IMG/VR virus record: IMGVR_UViG_3300009151_000053
Coordinates: 18,213 to 82,212 of that record
From: a virus
Length of the DNA stretch: 64,000 nucleotides
Direction: 5' to 3' (one strand)
The notes under the pieces were generated by a model. That model had not been told where the DNA came from and searched no databases. It saw only the letters and a program-made list of their open reading frames with translations. Shown piece after piece: positions 9,901-20,265 of this stretch. Position numbers and translations under genes: made by a program. Every line of letters starts with the position of its first letter. Position 1 is the stretch's first letter.

Positions 9901-12321
9901 ACATTCACAGGTGCACCACTTTACTTTGCCGCTGATACATACGGTGTTGCTGATATCACTAACGACTTCTATATTGATAACAATCAAACAGAAGATTATT
10001 TGGATATCTCTTATCTGTACAAGAAGCCAAAGAGACTTGCCACTTCTGTAAACGATGTTTATCTGATTAAGTACGATGCATTTACTTCAGGTACTGGTGT
10101 AAAGACTGTAAGTTCTTATAATGTAAATGATGCTGCTAATCTAGCCACATTGTCCACTGGTTCTGAAATCCACACAATGGAAATCCCAGAAGCAACAGGC
10201 ATCAGTGGCAAGTATTACGACTTGAGAGATCAGTTTGACTTCCGTCCAGTATCTTCAAATACCATTCCGCTTACCTCAGAACTGAGCAATACGTCTATTG
10301 TTAACCCAACAGAACCATCAGATGCAAATCGTTTTAGTGCTGTTGAACAAAAGTTCCCATTGCCAAACTCCGATTTGACCGCAAACATTAGTTATTATGT
10401 TGGGCGTAATGATCGTGTTGTTCTTGATAAGAATGGTAGATTTACAACACTCAAGGGTGTTCCCGGTGCATTGAATGCATTCCCAGACGAACCAAGAGAC
10501 AGCATCACTATTCAATATCTAACTATTCCTCCATATCCATCTCTTCCTGCTTCACTTTCAGCAGAGATGGTAGATATTGTTGATACTCGTGTTGCTAATG
10601 AGAAGTATGGCAGAAGAAAAAGCAACTTTAGAGTTACAACTCCTCTGGATAAAAATCAACAGGCTCGTATTCAAATCAAGAACTATCAGATGAATGATAT
10701 CGCTTCTCTTGAAAAGCGTATTAAAGATTTGGAATATTATGTTTCGTTTACTCTAGTTGAAGCAATCACAAATGCCAAGTTCATTCCTAGTTCTGCTAGC
10801 AATGCTATTGACCGCTTCAAGTTTGGTTTCTTTGTTGATCCATTTACTGATTTAAGTTTTGCTGATACAAACAGCCCAGAGTTTAAAGCCACTGTGACTG
10901 ATAATACACTAGGCACTCAGAAGTTTGAACATATTTTCCAACTTGTGCCAGATTCTGGTACATCAGAATCTATCCTGACTATGCCTTATGTTGAATACAA
11001 TCTTATCTCTCAGAATGATGCTACAGATGGTATTATTGAAATTGTGGGACCAACGACAGCTAACACAACTGCTAATACGACATCTAACACAACTGCTAAT
11101 ACAACAGTCGCTAATACAGATATTACGGTTCCAGTTATATCACAAACAACAGCCGAAGTTACAGAGCAACAAAAGACATTTGCAAATGTTCCTGAAGACG
11201 GTTCTGTTTATGAAGACTTCTTCTATGTGTTTAGTTCATTGTCTGGTCCAGCCGAACTCTATGCAATCTATCGCGATAACTATATGGCGTTTGAGATTTC
11301 ACAAGGAACAGCGGCTAGCGGTCCATATACAACTACGATCACTTCAGCATCTGCTCAAGCGATTGGACAAGCCGCTTATGCATCAAAGGGCATCACAGGG
11401 CTTAATGCACAATACAGCGGTGGTGTTGCAGAAAGTATCGATATCTTGAATATAAAGAGCGTCTATGCGGCTGGCATTCCTTACATTGAAGATAGTCAAA
11501 AGATTCTTTGGACACATGATCCAAGTCTTGGAATATATGTGCGTGTTCGAGTTTACAAGGGCGGTCGCCATGGTAAATCACAAGGCAAGGCTGGTTCTTA
11601 TGGATTTAAGATGTTCTATCCATCTGATACAGTAACAACAAGAACGGTAACAACAACAACACCAACTAACTTCCAATATTTGGGAACAGTGTTTGATGTC
11701 AATCCAAAAACATTCACTCTGATAACAACATTTGCCAATTTCGATCTTTATTCAAATAATGCAGATGTTTATGTTGCGGATGCTCAAAGATTTGTGATTT
11801 CTGTAACAGGTCTTAAGCCATCTACATACCATCAGTTTATTTTTGATAATGTTGATAAGACTGGCAAATGTGTTCAAAAGGTAACGTCTGGTACAAACTC
11901 AGGAACAGGTCTGTTGTCAGATGCTTACGGAACGTTGACGTTTGATTTCTATTATGATGCTGGTATCACAGAAGCAACGAGCGATCTAATGCAACAGAAC
12001 AAACTTGCTGCGGCGATTGCTGGACCAAAATCGTTCACTATTCAAAGTTATGGCGATGGAAACTCTAAGGCTGCTGGTAGTATTGAAATGAAATATTACT
12101 CTGGTCTTACGGATGCTCTTACTGGATCATATGACACGCTTAATGTAACTCAAACAACCACTGTTGGAGATACAAAAGTTAATGATTATAACTATAATAC
12201 AGGAACACTTCCAGATTATACCACAAATACAAAGACGGACACCAATGTTCAGACAGTTGATTTTGTTGGCGCTGGTAATATTTACGGGGATAGACAAGAC
12301 TTTAGACTCAATAATAAGTAA
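6934..12321 (+). CDS. DUF4815/VrlC-like large baseplate/virion structural protein (N-terminal part)
   Basis: N-terminal DLNVSPYYDDFD...RILFQPG.AVQARELNQLQSILQNQ, NYAAPGADRLK, RTYEESGNY, LEKRIKDLEYY, DRFKFGFFVD. Confidence 0.85.
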   Translation: MALQTDLNVSPYYDDFDPAKSYHRILFQPGVAVQARELNQLQSILQNQIEKFGDNIFKRGTIIEGCNIVLHNNLPYIKIKDVETDGTPVNITQYNNLYVKNAANVSAFIVKTAVGYESRSPNLNTLFVKYNGTGITSNASLFAADDTLTVFDPSYPIFHMRVNDGSTGFSNSDTIAVISAIAVQNSTGGSAFAGGAFNVNDVIQNGVANATIIEANNTANASALILKIKPLAIDLQTANTVKWRFTAGETIRNATTSVSANVVSTIGAGATGSLTTDSLGKIVSIAVTNMGAGYYIQPHVTTSITSNGATTTSAITQLNITGQNYLTNITVANSAQLSIGFGYGMSVNEGTIYQKGFFSRVDPQLTIVNKYSNTGFTKSVGFYTSESIINSNQDATLLDNATGSFNYAAPGADRLKLSPVLTVLDKVDADANTDFLPIVEFADGSAYKQTKQTVYNVLGDEMAKRTYEESGNYVLDQFNLTTKDSTVFTETPSVFKIYIDPGLAYINGYRVETVSNYTANIAKGVDTVSNVETSIKVGYGNFIRVKELAGVFEFNYGAQIDLYDTAKGFLTSTPTGSIAPTGNKIGVARIRSLVHDSGEPGAPGAVYRMYLFDIVMSTGKNFADVRSVYYSGSTKGIADILLNAGGLTTVLNDSADSSLLFKTVNATKYANNITYTYRTMNQTEQANTTGYIDLNVGAGEYFPYNAGGVLNDTQERDIIVIPRSDYQAQANAAGNVSTSSASATVTGIIGTNFVASFKTGDYIKIANSTASVVKQVWQVINATSMNMYSSVGTTFAYANVVLYFPNNVPISFGRRSERTVTVAANGQQLTINLANNIANSIGSPSSANVTVLYNVTANNTSTGAKVSHRDIYTRIRAANNAATTTGPWVLGVADAFRLKKVYQANGASVAKTFNANTGVVASFVSIPNNPFANGDSLVYTTGTDGTILTGLANNTTYYAVLANSSGSKFASTRNGSALSITASSISETHTFTGAPLYFAADTYGVADITNDFYIDNNQTEDYLDISYLYKKPKRLATSVNDVYLIKYDAFTSGTGVKTVSSYNVNDAANLATLSTGSEIHTMEIPEATGISGKYYDLRDQFDFRPVSSNTIPLTSELSNTSIVNPTEPSDANRFSAVEQKFPLPNSDLTANISYYVGRNDRVVLDKNGRFTTLKGVPGALNAFPDEPRDSITIQYLTIPPYPSLPASLSAEMVDIVDTRVANEKYGRRKSNFRVTTPLDKNQQARIQIKNYQMNDIASLEKRIKDLEYYVSFTLVEAITNAKFIPSSASNAIDRFKFGFFVDPFTDLSFADTNSPEFKATVTDNTLGTQKFEHIFQLVPDSGTSESILTMPYVEYNLISQNDATDGIIEIVGPTTANTTANTTSNTTANTTVANTDITVPVISQTTAEVTEQQKTFANVPEDGSVYEDFFYVFSSLSGPAELYAIYRDNYMAFEISQGTAASGPYTTTITSASAQAIGQAAYASKGITGLNAQYSGGVAESIDILNIKSVYAAGIPYIEDSQKILWTHDPSLGIYVRVRVYKGGRHGKSQGKAGSYGFKMFYPSDTVTTRTVTTTTPTNFQYLGTVFDVNPKTFTLITTFANFDLYSNNADVYVADAQRFVISVTGLKPSTYHQFIFDNVDKTGKCVQKVTSGTNSGTGLLSDAYGTLTFDFYYDAGITEATSDLMQQNKLAAAIAGPKSFTIQSYGDGNSKAAGSIEMKYYSGLTDALTGSYDTLNVTQTTTVGDTKVNDYNYNTGTLPDYTTNTKTDTNVQTVDFVGAGNIYGDRQDFRLNNK

Positions 12322-12329
12322 TCCAACAG

Positions 12330-12337
12330 CATAAATA
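12330..12337 (+). promoter_or_regulatory. Late-promoter variant CATAAATA
   Basis: Intergenic, upstream of the GAGGA RBS of ORF 12360. Confidence 0.5.
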
Positions 12338-12359
12338 ATATTTAAAACAAGAGGAATGA

Positions 12360-14450
12360 ATGTCCGCATTTTTTGACTATATCCAAACGTTCTATGTAAA
12401 TCCTGATGCAGTCAATAATGCAGAAGAGATTATGATTACGTCTGTTGAACTCTATTTTAAGGGCAAGCCTTCTCTTGCTTCCAACATTAGCAACCTTGCT
12501 GGTCCAAGTATTTCTGCTTGGATTTGTGAGGTCACTAATGATCAGCCAAGCCCAGAAAGAGTTATGAATAACTCGATCACGACTGTTCCTTATGATAGAA
12601 TCAATACATCAACGAATGCAATGACCGCAACAACTGTTTCGTTCAAGGCTCCAGTTATTGTCAAGACTGGTAAATCATATGGCATCGTTGTTAAATATGA
12701 TGATCCAGCATTTGAGATTTGGTACAATAAACAGAATGATGCCCTTGTAGCAACAACTGGTAAAACCATAACAGCATCACAGGGTTCTCAAGGCAGATTC
12801 ATTGGTATGATGTATAAGGCTACAAGTGCAACAGATAAGACTGCTTACACAGACAGAGATTTAAAGTTTAAAGTTAATATTGCCAAGTTTACCGTCAATA
12901 ACACAAACTTTTCTTTTGTAAACAAAAACTACGAGTTCTTTTCTATTGAAAGCACAAGCGGTTCATTCTTAGGTGGCGAGACTGTATATCAAGATGTTGC
13001 AAACGCAACTGGCACAGTTACGGTATCAAGTTCGAGTTCGACTGTTACAGGTTCTGGAACAACATTCACAAATCATGCGGCAGGACAATATATTCTTGTG
13101 GCTAATGCGACATTCAAAACTCTTGTACAGATTGCTGGTATTACAAACACAACAAGCATGACACTTGTTACAGTTCCATCATTCTCTGGAACTGGTTTCA
13201 ACTATAAAGTTCCACCAATCGGTAAAGTTGATTATACAGATTATACAAACAGTTCAAATACGAAACTATTTCTCGTAGATTCAAATGCTGCTAATGCAAC
13301 TTTTAAGTTTGTTACAGGCACAAGATTGATCGGTGAACGATCTGGTGCTAGTGCAAACCTCAAGTCTATGTGGGCATATTCGGCTGATAACGTAACTCCT
13401 AAGTTGCACCTCAAGACTTCTTCACAATCAAGTTATACCATTTCTTATAAGACTGTTAATGAAACGTACAACTTGGTTGATACAACAAGTAGTCTATTAA
13501 ACCTTTACAACAATGAAGCGCAAACAAACTGGGATGCCTATATTCTTTCGAGATCACAAGAAGTTGATACTGGACTCGGCTTGACGCTTTATGGCACAAA
13601 TAGAAAATCAATGGTTGTGAATGTTGCTATCTCAACAACAACAACTGGAACAACAAGTTTCTCTGTTCCTTATATCAACGCAGATGAACTTGACATCTTT
13701 GTGTATCAAAATAAAGTGTCAACAACCACAAAAGATGGCACAGGATTTGATACTGAAACGGCTAAGAATGGTCTTTCAGAAAGCAAATATATCTCTAAGA
13801 AGATCACGTTTGCTGAAAACAAGTTTGCCGAAGATACGCTTGTCTATCTAACTGGATATCGTCCAGCAGGAACTTCCATTCAGGTTTATGCTAAGATTCA
13901 CAACTCTTCTGATAAAGAATCGTTTGATGATAAGTCTTGGACGCCATTAGAAATTATGAATAATCTTGAAAAATATAGTGCAGACGAAAAAGATTATATT
14001 GAATATACTTATGGGCTTCCACAATATCCTGAAACTCTTACTGTTTTACCAGGAACTTTCACTGTTCAAAATCCAGCAAATGCTGTTATTCTCACTTCGG
14101 CAGATCAATCTGGTACTGTTGGTACTGGTGATCTTGTAAGAGTTTATGATCCATTATTGCCGAATAACCATGAAGTGTTTATTGCGTTAAGTTCGAATAG
14201 CACTTCTATCACTGTCAATAAGAAAATCACAAATATCAACATCATCGGCAACATGGCTGTTGATAAGTTAAGATATAAAACCATTGCATGGAACAATATT
14301 GCTAATGCAAATGTGGCTAGATATGTCAGCACTTCACTTGTTGAATATGATACCTACAACTCTATGCAGTTAAAGATTGTTCTTTTGGCTGATAAGACAT
14401 ATGTAACACCAAAAGTTGGTCAGATTCAAGTGATCGGAGTTTCTGCATAA
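12360..14450 (+). CDS. Virion structural protein resembling the C-terminal part of VrlC-type proteins
   Basis: IQTFYV...ITSVELYFKGKP, DLKFKVNIAKF, SKYISKKITF, and C-terminal QLKIVL...PKV; these motifs normally end VrlC-like proteins. Confidence 0.65.
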   Translation: MSAFFDYIQTFYVNPDAVNNAEEIMITSVELYFKGKPSLASNISNLAGPSISAWICEVTNDQPSPERVMNNSITTVPYDRINTSTNAMTATTVSFKAPVIVKTGKSYGIVVKYDDPAFEIWYNKQNDALVATTGKTITASQGSQGRFIGMMYKATSATDKTAYTDRDLKFKVNIAKFTVNNTNFSFVNKNYEFFSIESTSGSFLGGETVYQDVANATGTVTVSSSSSTVTGSGTTFTNHAAGQYILVANATFKTLVQIAGITNTTSMTLVTVPSFSGTGFNYKVPPIGKVDYTDYTNSSNTKLFLVDSNAANATFKFVTGTRLIGERSGASANLKSMWAYSADNVTPKLHLKTSSQSSYTISYKTVNETYNLVDTTSSLLNLYNNEAQTNWDAYILSRSQEVDTGLGLTLYGTNRKSMVVNVAISTTTTGTTSFSVPYINADELDIFVYQNKVSTTTKDGTGFDTETAKNGLSESKYISKKITFAENKFAEDTLVYLTGYRPAGTSIQVYAKIHNSSDKESFDDKSWTPLEIMNNLEKYSADEKDYIEYTYGLPQYPETLTVLPGTFTVQNPANAVILTSADQSGTVGTGDLVRVYDPLLPNNHEVFIALSSNSTSITVNKKITNINIIGNMAVDKLRYKTIAWNNIANANVARYVSTSLVEYDTYNSMQLKIVLLADKTYVTPKVGQIQVIGVSA

Positions 14451-14677
14451 TGCTTGTGGAAACTAATGTTCCTGGTTTTAAAAAAAATATCGACACTGGA
14501 GTAATCATAAATACATCTGATGAAGGCTACAAACGTATATTAGCGATGCGAGCGGAAGCCAAAAAGAATGCCGAGTTGCAACAGAAAATGCAATCATTAG
14601 AGAATGAGATAACCGAGATTAAAAATCTGCTAGTTCAATTAATAGACGGAAACCGAAATGTCAAGACAAGTATCTAA
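14450..14677 (+). CDS. Small coiled-coil hypothetical protein
   Basis: 75 aa, TAATG-coupled; pattern D..TG.IINT...LENEITEIKNLL seen after VrlC in T4-like phages. Confidence 0.65.
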   Translation: MLVETNVPGFKKNIDTGVIINTSDEGYKRILAMRAEAKKNAELQQKMQSLENEITEIKNLLVQLIDGNRNVKTSI

Positions 14678-16826
14678 TGTCGATATCATTACAGACAGTT
14701 TTGAAATTTGGTTGCTAGAAACCAATGAACTTCTTAATGCGTTGTCTACAGAAATCCTTACTGCAAATGTAACCTATGCTAATACAGGAAACTCTACTGT
14801 TAGCAGAACGGCTCAACTGTGGGGTCAGTTTGGTGCAAATAATCTAGTTGTAAGCAACTGGCTCAAGGGCGGTAACGTCAACGGTCAATATGCTAATCTG
14901 ATGATCAGCACGAATACGATGGTCTCTAATAACAATGCTGCTAATCTTAACTCAATGGTTATTAACAGTTCATCATTCAGTTATATGACACCTATTGGTG
15001 GATATTTCGGTAATACTTCTGCTAATAGTCTTATTAACTCAATTTCTATTATAACCCAATCTGGATTACAAGTCAATACAAATATTAGCCCTATTTTAAT
15101 CCAGATCGCAAACACTACATCAACTGCCAACGTAACGCCAACAAGTTTCAAAACTGGTATCTTCACAGGTAATACGATAGCAATGTCAGTAGGCGCAAAT
15201 GTTATTGCGAATGCGACAACATATTTTGTAAATGGTGCATATTCATATTCGTTAACAGATGCAACACAATTCACAACCTATTCAGCCAACGCCACATCTA
15301 ATGGTCAAGTTATCATTAATGTGCAAAGCAATAGCACAGGTTCTATTGAAATTGGAGGAACTGTTGGCGGTCTTATTGACTTTAAGGCTCCACTTGCTGA
15401 TGATTACGATTACAGATTCTTATCAAATACTAGTGGACTCTTTATCATTGGTGGTTCTTCGACAAGCACTGCCAATATTATCTATATTAATTCTGCGAAT
15501 CTTAATGTTGATAGTGGCACATTGTTTGTCGATCAAATTAATAACAGAGTAGGCGTTGGAACAACTACCCCAATACAAGCATTTGACGTTGTGGGAAATG
15601 CAGTTCTTTCTGGACAAAGCACTGCTGATCAGTATTTCAGAATTGGTGAAGCACGGTCTGGAAATGGTAACAGTTACATTGACCTTCAGGGCGATGCGAC
15701 ATACACAGGTGGATTGAGACTCATTCGCGCTGATACTGGCGCAAATGCCAACAGTTCAATGATCCATCGCGGTACTGGTGCTCTCACTATTCAATCCACT
15801 GAAGCCGCTCCTATCGTAGTGCTAACCACATCACTTGAACGTGTTCGTGTTTTGGCAACTGGCGAAGTCGGTATTGGTACAGCAACTCCAACAAACAAGT
15901 TGTCTGTTGCTGGTAACTTAGGATTACAAACTTCTGGTTATATCGCTTTCTCTGCAACTGTTGCTAGTGCTACAAACTATTCATTATTTGGAAGCACAAC
16001 TACAACAACGCTCAATGGTCCATCTGCGGGAACGATTACTTTTAATATTAATGATGCCGAAAAGATGCGCCTTGACACAAACGGTAATCTTGGAATAGGC
16101 ACAACTACTCCAACAAGAAGACTTTCTGTAACTGCGAATACCAATGGTAATGAAGGATTGATCGTTACCAACTCGAACACTGGTGCTTCAGCACAGACAA
16201 CCATTTCAATGAACGCTCAAGGATGGACAGGGCTTCAACTTGTTCAAAATCAAGCAACAGGGCTTGTGACGCTTTATAATGGCGATAACACCTCGATGGT
16301 GCTTTCAACGAATGCGCTAGAGCGTATGCGTATTGATGCTGGTGGCAATACAGGCATCGGTAACACCACACCCGATGCTAAGTTAGCAGTTACTGGTACA
16401 GCAAACGTTTCTGGTGCTTCTCGTTTTGCAAACACATTTGCGGTTATCGGTACATCTTCTTTTGCAAACACAATAACAATTCAAAATGAAAATGTTATTG
16501 ATGTGTCATCGAACGCAAATATAGGCACATTTATTGGTCTTATTCCTATCTATAGTTTCCCTAAAGCAACTTATTCTTCTGGTAAATTTACTGTTCAAGT
16601 TAAAAATACAGGCAATACACAGATCGCAGATATGCTTATTGCACATGATAATACCACTGCTTATGTGACAGTATTTGGTACAGTGGCATCTCCTAATGCC
16701 GCAAACGGAAGTGTGTCTCCTCTTGGAAATTTTGTTGCTAACGTAAACGGTTCAAATATTGATCTTCTAATTAATCAAACAATAGCAAGTTCGGCTGTTA
16801 AAATTATAGCAAATCTAATAAAGTAA
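14658..16826 (+). CDS. Tail-fibre-like structural protein
   Basis: N-terminal [10 protein letters not shown], repeated G(V/I)G(T/N)TTP...L.V.G and E(R/K)(M/V)R fibre-shaft motifs, C-terminal [10 protein letters not shown]...IAHD domain. Confidence 0.75.
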   Translation: MSRQVSNVDIITDSFEIWLLETNELLNALSTEILTANVTYANTGNSTVSRTAQLWGQFGANNLVVSNWLKGGNVNGQYANLMISTNTMVSNNNAANLNSMVINSSSFSYMTPIGGYFGNTSANSLINSISIITQSGLQVNTNISPILIQIANTTSTANVTPTSFKTGIFTGNTIAMSVGANVIANATTYFVNGAYSYSLTDATQFTTYSANATSNGQVIINVQSNSTGSIEIGGTVGGLIDFKAPLADDYDYRFLSNTSGLFIIGGSSTSTANIIYINSANLNVDSGTLFVDQINNRVGVGTTTPIQAFDVVGNAVLSGQSTADQYFRIGEARSGNGNSYIDLQGDATYTGGLRLIRADTGANANSSMIHRGTGALTIQSTEAAPIVVLTTSLERVRVLATGEVGIGTATPTNKLSVAGNLGLQTSGYIAFSATVASATNYSLFGSTTTTTLNGPSAGTITFNINDAEKMRLDTNGNLGIGTTTPTRRLSVTANTNGNEGLIVTNSNTGASAQTTISMNAQGWTGLQLVQNQATGLVTLYNGDNTSMVLSTNALERMRIDAGGNTGIGNTTPDAKLAVTGTANVSGASRFANTFAVIGTSSFANTITIQNENVIDVSSNANIGTFIGLIPIYSFPKATYSSGKFTVQVKNTGNTQIADMLIAHDNTTAYVTVFGTVASPNAANGSVSPLGNFVANVNGSNIDLLINQTIASSAVKIIANLIK

Positions 16827-16833
16827 GAGAAAC

Positions 16834-18762
16834 ATGGCAAACAATAGATTTAAAGTTGATAATGGTCTTGTTACTGGTCCTACTGGTAATAGTGAATTTT
16901 ACACAATAGCAACTTTTTATGCGAATACGGCTGTTGCTTCTGGCGCAGAGTTGCAACTTCCTAGCGGGGCGGGGCTAAGAGCGAGCGGCTCTCTAGGCAC
17001 TCCTGGATATTCTCTTGTCACTGATGGGACTTCTATCTCTTGGGCACCAAATGCTGGATATACAGGCTCTCGTGGATATACAGGCTCTCTTGGATATTCA
17101 GGATCACAAGGTGTTGGGTACACTGGATCATCTGGAGCATCTGCTTCACAAGGTTATACAGGTTCACAGGGACCACAAGGTATTCAGGGCATTCAAGGTA
17201 GCCAAGGCAATCAAGGTATTCAAGGTCTCACTGGCTCGACTGGTCCTGCGGGTGCTGGCTTAACGGGATCAACTGGAGGCACAGGATTAACTGGTTCTAA
17301 AGGTGATACTGGATTAACAGGATTAACTGGCTCTCAAGGTATTCAAGGGCTTGTAGGATCAACTGGCTCTATAGGATTAACTGGTTCTACAGGATTAACT
17401 GGTTCAACTGGCTCGGGTTTAACTGGCTCTTCTGGTGCTGCTGCAACAATTTCTGTCAATAGTACAACGACAACCGATCCTGCTGTTACTCCTGCCGCTA
17501 GTGTTACCAATGGAGGCACGTCGAGCGCGGCTTCTCTTAATTTCAGTATACCCAGAGGATACACTGGTTCTAAAGGTGATACTGGATTACAAGGTTTAAC
17601 TGGCTCTTCTGGTGCTGCTGCAACAATTTCTGTCAATAGTACAACGACAACTGATCCTGCTGTTACTCCTGCTGCCAGCGTTACCAACGGAGGCACGTCT
17701 TCTGCTGTTGTTCTTAATTTCAGTATACCTAGAGGATACACTGGTTCTAAGGGTGATACTGGATTAACAGGATTAACTGGACCTGCTAGTACTGTTGCTG
17801 GTCCTGCTGCAACAATTTCTGTCAATAGTACAACGACAACTGATCCTGCTGTTACTCCTGCCGCCAGCGTTACCAACGGAGGCACGTCGAGCGCGGCTTC
17901 TCTTAATTTCAGTATACCCAGAGGATACACTGGTTCTAAAGGTGATACTGGCTCTCAAGGTATTCAAGGGCTTGTAGGATCAACTGGCTCTATAGGATTA
18001 ACTGGTTCTAAAGGTGATACTGGCTCTCAAGGTATTCAAGGGCTTGTAGGATCAACTGGCTCTATAGGATTAACTGGTTCTAAAGGTGATACTGGTTCAA
18101 CTGGAACTTTCACTTCTGGCGCTGCTGTAACTCTTGGAAACATCACAGGCAATGGTTTTGCAAATATAGCCGGAGAGTTTCAAGCGCCATATATGCTATT
18201 CAATAGTACCAATAAGCATCTTATATATGATGGTGGGACTGATATTATCGCTTTCCGAATAAACTCAGGAAGCACTGGCGATGCATATATGAATTTAAAA
18301 GCCGTAAGCGGAGAACCAACGCTTGACGGAAGCGGGGGCGCGATAAGACTGTCTTCAGCAGGAACAACCAAATTGAGAGTTGATGCTTCTGGTGCTGCTG
18401 TAACTGGAACACTAACTGCGACTGGCGATATCACTGCATATTCATCTTCTGATAGATCACTCAAGAAGAACATTGTCTCTATCGCAAATGCTATCGAAGG
18501 CGTTAAGGCAATCAGAGGTATTCGATATGATTGGACAGAAGAATATCTGGCGTCAAAAGGCGGCGTTGATGGTTACTTTGTTAGAGCAAATGATGTCGGT
18601 GTTATTGCTCAAGAACTTCAAGAAGTGTTGCCAGAAGCGGTTGGCGAAAGAGAAGATGGAATTCTTGCAGTTAAATATGAACGCATTGTTCCGTTGCTGA
18701 TTGAAGCAATCAAAGAACAACAAATCCAAATCGATAAACTTACTAAAATGATTGAGGGTTAA
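16834..18762 (+). CDS. Collagen-like tail fibre with C-terminal intramolecular chaperone (peptidase S74-type)
   Basis: G-x-T/G-S-x triplets; [10 protein letters not shown]...[15 protein letters not shown]...[16 protein letters not shown]. Confidence 0.85.
   Translation: MANNRFKVDNGLVTGPTGNSEFYTIATFYANTAVASGAELQLPSGAGLRASGSLGTPGYSLVTDGTSISWAPNAGYTGSRGYTGSLGYSGSQGVGYTGSSGASASQGYTGSQGPQGIQGIQGSQGNQGIQGLTGSTGPAGAGLTGSTGGTGLTGSKGDTGLTGLTGSQGIQGLVGSTGSIGLTGSTGLTGSTGSGLTGSSGAAATISVNSTTTTDPAVTPAASVTNGGTSSAASLNFSIPRGYTGSKGDTGLQGLTGSSGAAATISVNSTTTTDPAVTPAASVTNGGTSSAVVLNFSIPRGYTGSKGDTGLTGLTGPASTVAGPAATISVNSTTTTDPAVTPAASVTNGGTSSAASLNFSIPRGYTGSKGDTGSQGIQGLVGSTGSIGLTGSKGDTGSQGIQGLVGSTGSIGLTGSKGDTGSTGTFTSGAAVTLGNITGNGFANIAGEFQAPYMLFNSTNKHLIYDGGTDIIAFRINSGSTGDAYMNLKAVSGEPTLDGSGGAIRLSSAGTTKLRVDASGAAVTGTLTATGDITAYSSSDRSLKKNIVSIANAIEGVKAIRGIRYDWTEEYLASKGGVDGYFVRANDVGVIAQELQEVLPEAVGEREDGILAVKYERIVPLLIEAIKEQQIQIDKLTKMIEG
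17437..17950 (+). repeat. Three near-identical ~150-nt coding repeats ([29 protein letters not shown]...[17 protein letters not shown])
   Basis: Copies start at about 17437, 17614 and 17806 with only a few substitutions. Confidence 0.9.
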
Positions 18763-18764
18763 TT

Positions 18765-19079
18765 ATGACTTACACATATCACTGGGACATAAAGTCTTTT
18801 CAAGTTGCACCATCTTCTGATGGTTTAACAGAAGTTATTAAACAAGTTGAGTGGGATTATCATTGTTCAGATGACAATGATTCTTCTTTATATTCTGGTT
18901 ACACCAATCTTTCTGCACCAAATTCTGCTGAGTTTATTTCTTATGAAGAGTTAACAAAAGATGTTTTGATTTCATGGATAAAGAGCCATGTAAATGAAGA
19001 TGAATTGAAAGTTGTTGTGCGAGATCAACTAGAACGTGCTAAAGTTCCTGTTGTGGAAACAAGAATACCGAACTTTTAA
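18765..19079 (+). CDS. Hypothetical protein, probably fibre-associated or a chaperone
   Basis: 104 aa, DGLTEVI..V.W...FISYEELT...ISW; sits between a fibre and a tip gene. Confidence 0.6.
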   Translation: MTYTYHWDIKSFQVAPSSDGLTEVIKQVEWDYHCSDDNDSSLYSGYTNLSAPNSAEFISYEELTKDVLISWIKSHVNEDELKVVVRDQLERAKVPVVETRIPNF

Positions 19080-19090
19080 TAGGAAAATAA

Positions 19091-19675
19091 ATGACTTTAC
19101 AGACATCTGGCGCTATTAGTTTAGGGAACATTCAAACCGAGTTTGGCGGTTCGAATCCTATATCTATGTCTGAGTATGTAAAAGGTGGCAGTTATGTTCC
19201 GTCTACAGCCACAAACACTAATATTCCATCAACTACATCAAACATGAGTTTCAGTAAGTTTTATGGTGGTTCTGTTGTTAGTTACTTAGACACACAAACA
19301 GTTACAGTTGGCTCTCGTGTTGTTGGCGGTGGTCCAGGCGGCATAAACACTGTATATTCCGGGTTTTCTGGTTTCCTTTCTACAGGTTCTATAACGGATG
19401 GAACGAGCAATTTATACAGTGGCGCTAGTATTTTAGAGTTGAACTATAATACAAACACAGGAACAGGGAATTATATCAGTTTCTCTGTAGAAGGATTGGT
19501 TAGTAATAGTGGGTGGACAAATATTATCATTGGAGGTGTGTCATTTGCAAGAGCAGACGCAATATATACACTTAGTGGTGGATCAACTCCGCAGTATACC
19601 ACTTGGAATATCGCAACATCTGCAACAAATCCTTTTGGTGGTGCAGGTTCTGTAGTAACTGTAAACTGGAACTAA
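19091..19675 (+). CDS. Putative fibre-tip / receptor-binding protein
   Basis: AGGA RBS; N-terminal MTLQTSGAISLGNIQTEFGGSNPISMSEY of the type that follows S74 fibres. Confidence 0.6.
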   Translation: MTLQTSGAISLGNIQTEFGGSNPISMSEYVKGGSYVPSTATNTNIPSTTSNMSFSKFYGGSVVSYLDTQTVTVGSRVVGGGPGGINTVYSGFSGFLSTGSITDGTSNLYSGASILELNYNTNTGTGNYISFSVEGLVSNSGWTNIIIGGVSFARADAIYTLSGGSTPQYTTWNIATSATNPFGGAGSVVTVNWN

Positions 19676-19684
19676 GGAACACCA

Positions 19685-20017
19685 ATGTCTATCAAAGCAA
19701 ATATTGTAATCGATCAAGGTGCCGACTACGAAGTCACTATTGATATCACAGACGACAATGGAGACATTGTAGTTCTAACGGGCTATACTGGTGCTGCACA
19801 GATGCGTAAGCACTATACATCAACAACTGCTTATAACTTTGGTGTTAATATCTCACCATTAGTTGGAACTGTTACTCTATCAATGCCAGCAGCAACTTCT
19901 GCTAATATTGCATCGGGTAGATATGTTTGGGATTGTGAACTGACAAGTTCTGCTAATGTTGTCACAAGAATCGTTGAAGGCATTGTTACAGTAACACCAC
20001 AAGTAACGAGGGTATAA
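19685..20017 (+). CDS. Small beta-sandwich fibre-attachment protein (LtfC/p132-like)
   Basis: NIVIDQGAD...LTGYTGAAQMRK...GRYVWD.E...TRIVEG.V.V.P.VT. Confidence 0.6.
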   Translation: MSIKANIVIDQGADYEVTIDITDDNGDIVVLTGYTGAAQMRKHYTSTTAYNFGVNISPLVGTVTLSMPAATSANIASGRYVWDCELTSSANVVTRIVEGIVTVTPQVTRV

Positions 20018-20265
20018 TGGTTCTTAATGCTAAACTGAGAACAGTAAACAACATCACAGCCAGAGTCAATACGACTAGTGGAATCATTACTCCTGTTCCA
20101 CCTATTGTAATCAGAAATCAAATCCAAGAACAAATCTTTAACAGCATTCAAGATTTACCAGATGTTGCGGAGATAAGCGTTACGGACGGCGCAACTCTAG
20201 TGTACAACGCCAATAACGATCTTTACGAAGTCAAGCAACTTGTGATTGATGGTGGCGAGTTTTAA
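20017..20265 (+). CDS. Small adaptor protein ending in IDGGEF
   Basis: 82 aa, TAATG-coupled; L.DV...DGATLVYN and a terminal DGG motif. Confidence 0.65.
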   Translation: MVLNAKLRTVNNITARVNTTSGIITPVPPIVIRNQIQEQIFNSIQDLPDVAEISVTDGATLVYNANNDLYEVKQLVIDGGEF

